A stretch of 62,680 bases of DNA. Source: Nemertoderma westbladi. Its lineage: Eukaryota > Animalia > Xenacoelomorpha. The translations under genes and the position numbers were made by a program. Of the stretch, positions 58,001 through 62,680 are shown piece after piece. Every line of letters begins with the position of its first letter. Within the stretch, counting starts at the first letter, position 1. The notes below the pieces were generated by a model. It was given only the letters and a program-made list of their open reading frames with translations, searched no databases and was not told where the DNA came from. The stretch covers positions 1 through 62,680 of the forward strand of contig JAUCBJ010008921.1 in NCBI GenBank assembly GCA_032718475.1, given 5' to 3'.

Positions 58001-61000
58001 AAGCTGTCTCTATATAGGGTAGCTCATACGTTATAACGAAGCTGTCTCTATGTAGGGTAGCTCATACGTTATAACGAAGCTGTCTCTATGTAGGGTAGCT
58101 CATACGTTATAACGAAGCTGTCTCTATATAGGGTAGCTCATACGTTATAACGAAGCTGTCTCTATGTAGGGTAGCTCATACGTTATAACGAAGCTGTCTT
58201 TATGTAGGGTAGCTCATACGTTATAACGAAGCTCTCTATGTAGGGTAGCTCATACGTTATAACGAAGCTGTCTTTATGTAGGGTAGCTCATACGTTATAA
58301 CGAAGCTGTCTCTATGTAGGGTAGCTCATACGTTATAACGAAGCTGTCTTTATGTAGGGTAGCTCATACGTTATAACGAAGCTGTCTTTATGTAGGGTAG
58401 CTCATACGTTATAACGAAGCTGTCTTTATGTAGGGTAGCTCATACGTTATAACGAAGCTGTCTTTATGTAGGGTAGCTCATACGTTATAACGAAGCTGTC
58501 TTTATGTAGGGTAGCTCATACGTTATAACGAAGCTGTCTTTATGTAGGGTAGCTCATACGTTATAACGAAGCTGTCTTTATGTAGGGTAGCTCATACGTT
58601 ATAACGAAGCTGTCTCTATGTAGGGTAGCTCATACGTTATAACGAAGCTGTCTTTATATAGGGTAGCTCATACGTTATAACGAAGCTGTCTTTATGTAGG
58701 GTAGCTCATACGTTATAACGAAGCTGTCTTTATGTAGGGTAGCTCATACGTTATAACGAAGCTGTCTTTATGTAGGGTAGCTCATACGTTATAACGAAGC
58801 TGTCTCTATGTAGGGTAGCTCATACGTTATAACGAAGCTATCTTTATGTAGGGTAGCTCATACGTTATAACGAAGCTGTCATTATGTAGGGTAGCTCATA
58901 CGTTATAACGAAGCTATCTTTATGTAGGGTAGCTCATACGTTATAACGAAGCTGTCATTATGTAGGGTAGCTCATACGTTATAACGAAGCTGTCATTATG
59001 TAGGGTAGCTCATACGTTATAACGAAGCTATCTTTATGTAGGGTAGCTCATACGTTATAACGAAGCTGTCTTTATGTAGGGTAGCTCATACGTTATAACG
59101 AAGCTGTCTTTATGTAGGGTAGCTCGTACGTTATAACGAAGCAGTCTCTATGTAGGGTAGCTCATACGTTATAACGAAGCTGTCTTTATGTAGGGTAGCT
59201 CATACGTTATAACGAAGCTGTCTTTATGTAGGGTAGCTCATACGTTATAACGAAGCTGTCTTTACGTAGGGTAGCTCATACGTTATAACGAAGCTGTCTC
59301 TATGTAGGGTAGCTCATACGTTATAACGAAGCTGTCTTTATGTAGGGTAGCTCATACGTTATAACGAAGCTGTCTTTATGTAGGGTAGCTCATACGTTAT
59401 AACGAATCTGTCTCTATGTAGGGTAGCTCATACGTTATAACGAAGCTGTCTTTATGTAGGGTAGCTCATACGTTATAACGAAGCTGTCTCTATGTAGGGT
59501 GGCTCATACGTTATAACGAAGCTGTCTTTATGTAGGGTAGCTCATACGTTATAACGAATCTGTCTCTATGTAGGGTAGATCATACGTTATAACGAAGCTG
59601 TCTCTATGTAGGGTAGCTCATACGTTATAACGAAGCTGTCTCTATGTAGGGTAGCTCATACGTTATAACGAAGCTGTCTTTATGTAGGGTAGCTCATACG
59701 TTATAACGAAGCTGTCTTTATGTAGGGTAGCTCATACGTTATAACGAAGCTGTCTTTATGTAGGGTAGCTCATACGTTATAACGAAGCTGTCTTTATGTA
59801 GGGTAGCTCATACGTTATAACGAAGCTGTCTCTATGTAGGGTAGCTCATACGTTATAACGAAGCTGTCTTTATATAGGGTAGCTCATACGTTATAACGAA
59901 GCTGTCTCTATGTAGGGTAGCTCATACGTTATAACGAAGCTGTCTCTATGTAGGGTAGCTCATACGTTATAACGAAGCTATCTCTATATAGGGTAACTCA
60001 TACGTTATAACGAAGCTGTCTTTATGTAGGGTAGCTCATACGTTATAACGAAGCTGTCTTTATGTAGGGTAGCTCATACGTTATAACGAAGCTGTCTCTA
60101 TGTAGGGTAGCTCATACGTTATAACGAAGCTGTCTTTATGTAGGGTAGCTCATACGTTATAACGAAGCTGTCTTTATGTAGGGTAGCTCATACGTTATAA
60201 CGAAGCTGTCTTTATGTAGGGTAGCTCATACGTTATAACGAAGCTGTCTTTATGTAGGGTAGCTCATACGTTATAACGAAGCTGTCTTTATATAGGGTAG
60301 CTCATACGTTATAACGAATCTGTCTCTATGTAGGGTAGATCATACGTTACAACGAAGCTATCTCTATGTAGGGTAGCTCATACGTTATAACGAAGCTGTC
60401 TTTATGTAGGGTAGCTCATACGTTATAACGAAGCTGTCTTTATGTAGGGTAGCTCATACGTTATAACGAAGCTGTCATTATGTAGGGTAGCTCATACGTT
60501 ATAACGAAGCTGTCTCTATGTAGGGTAGCTCATACGTTATAACGAAGCTGTCTTTATATAGGGTAGCTCATACGTTATAACGAAGCTGTCTCTATGTAGG
60601 GTAGCTCATACGTTATAACGAAGCTGTCTCTATGTAGGGTAGCTCATACGTTATAACGAAGCTGTCTTTATGTAGGGTAGCTCATACGTTATAACGAAGC
60701 TGTCTTTATGTAGGGTAGCTCATACGTTATAACGAAGCTGTCTTTATGTAGGGTAGCTCATACGTTATAACGAAGCTGTCTCTATGTAGGGTAGCTCATA
60801 CGTTACAACGAAGCTGTCTCTATGTAGGGTAGCTCATACGTTATAACGAAGCTGTCTTTATGTAGGGTAGCTCATACGTTATAACGAAGCTGTCTCTATG
60901 TAGGGTAGCTCATACGTTATAACGAAGCTGTCTTTATATAGGGTAGCTCATACGTTATAACGAAGCTGTCTCTATGTAGGGTAGCTCATACGTTATAACG

Positions 61001-62680
61001 AAGCTGTCTCTATGTAGGGTAGCTCATACGTTATAACGAAGCTGTCTCTATGTAGGGTAGCTCATACGTTATAACGAAGCTGTCTCTATGTAGGGTAGCT
61101 CATACGTTATAACGAAGCTGTCTCTATGTAGGGTAGCTCATACGTTATAACGAAGCTGTCTCTATGTAGGGTAGCTCATACGTTATAACGAAGCTGTCTT
61201 TGTGTAGGGTAGCTCATACGTTATAACGAAGCTGTCTTTATGTAGGGTAGCTCATACGTTATAACGAAGCTGTCTCTATGTTGGGTAGCTCATACGTTAT
61301 AACGAAGCTGTCTTTATATAGGGTAGCTCATACGTTATAACGAAGCTGTCTCTATGTAGGGTAGCTCATACGTTATAACAAAGCTGTCTTTATGTAGGGT
61401 AGCTCATACGTTATAACGAAGCTGTCTTTATGTAGGGTAGCTCATACGTTATAACGAAGCTGTCTTTATGTAGGGTAGCTCATACGTTATAACGAAGCTG
61501 TCTTTATGTAGGGTAGCTCATACGTTATAACGAAGCTGTCTTTATGTAGGGTAGCTCATACGTTATAACGAAGCTGTCTCTATGTAGGGTAGCTCATACG
61601 TTATAACGAAGCTGTCTTTATGTAGGGTAGCTCATACGTTATAACGAAGCTGTCTTTATGTAGGGTAGCTCATACGTTATAACGAAGCTGTCTTTATGTA
61701 GGGTAGCTCATACGTTATAACGAAGCTGTCTTTATGTAGGGTAGCTCATACGTTATAACGAAGCTGTCTCTATGTAGGGTAGCTCATACGTTATAACGAA
61801 GCTGTCTTTATGTAGGGTAGCTCATACGTTATAACGAAGCTGTCTTTATGTAGGGTAGCTCATACGTTATAACGAAGCTGTCTTTATGTAGGGTAGCTCA
61901 TACGTTATAACGAAGCTGTCTTTATGTAGGGTAGCTCATACGTTATAACGAAGCTGTCTCTATGTAGGGTAGCTCATACGTTATAACGAAGCTGTCTTTA
62001 TATAGGGTAGCTCATACGTTATAACGAAGCTGTCTTTATGTAGGGTAGCTCATACGTTATAACGAAGCTGTCTTTATGTAGGGTAGCTCATACGTTATAA
62101 CGAAGCTGTCTTTATGTAGGGTAGCTCATACGTTATAACGAAGCTGTCTCTATGTAGGGTAGCTCATACGTTATAACGAAGCTGTCTTTATGTAGGGTAG
62201 CTCATACGTTATAACGAAGCTGTCATCTATGTAGGGTAGCTCATACGTTATAACGAAGCTGTCTTTATGTAGGGTAGCTCATACGTTATAACGAAGCTGT
62301 CTTTATGTAGGGTAGCTCATACGTTATAACGAAGCTGTCTTATGTAGGGTAGCTCATACGTTATAACGAAGCTATCTTTATGTAGGGTAGCTCATACGTT
62401 ATAACGAAGCTGTCTTTATGTAGGGTAGCTCATACGTTATAACGAAGCTGTCTTTATGTAGGGTAGCTCGTACGTTATAACGAAGCAGTCTCTATGTAGG
62501 GTAGCTCATACGTTATAACGAAGCTGTCTTTATGTAGGGTAGCTCATACGTTATAACGAAGCTGTCTTTATGTAGGGTAGCTCATACGTTATAACGAAGC
62601 TGTCTTTACGTAGGGTAGCTCATACGTTATAACGAAGCTGTCTCTATGTAGGGTAGCTCATACGTTATAACGAAGCTGTC
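55040..62680. repeat. Satellite array, 38-bp unit TTATAACGAAGCTGTCT(C/T)TATGTAGGGTAGCTCATACG, about 200 copies, running off the window end
   Basis: Directly visible. Confidence 0.98.

Overview
AT-rich animal (probably invertebrate) genomic DNA. Most of the window is a minus-strand, multi-exon synaptotagmin-like gene (Slp4/Slp5/bitesize-type Rab effector). I reconstructed 11 coding exons from 39851 down to about 1348-1405. An intronless tafazzin gene on the plus strand (510-1310) lies either tail-to-tail with it or nested in its next intron. The first coding intron of the Slp gene is almost entirely a nest of mobile elements. A decayed Academ (XPG-type) DNA transposon (24165-39590) carries a small MITE and a very young 12-kb BEL/Pao LTR element (25752-37756; 538-bp LTRs, GGATT target duplication). 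This LTR element is the most unusual object here. It keeps Gag and protease but has lost RT, RNase H and integrase while staying in frame. It has no recognisable tRNA primer site and contains a 1-kb hairpin-forming tandem array. In the env position it carries an intact ~845-aa ORF encoding a DEDDy-type (WRN/Mut-7/EXD-like) 3'-5' exonuclease followed by three CCHC zinc knuckles. Also present: a minimal type I hammerhead ribozyme (40177-40222, minus strand), decayed RTE-like LINE fragments, two probable terminal exons of an unidentified gene, and several tandem arrays (20, 51, 82, 30, 10/14, ~63 and 38 bp units). All family calls are from motif recognition by eye; no database search was run.
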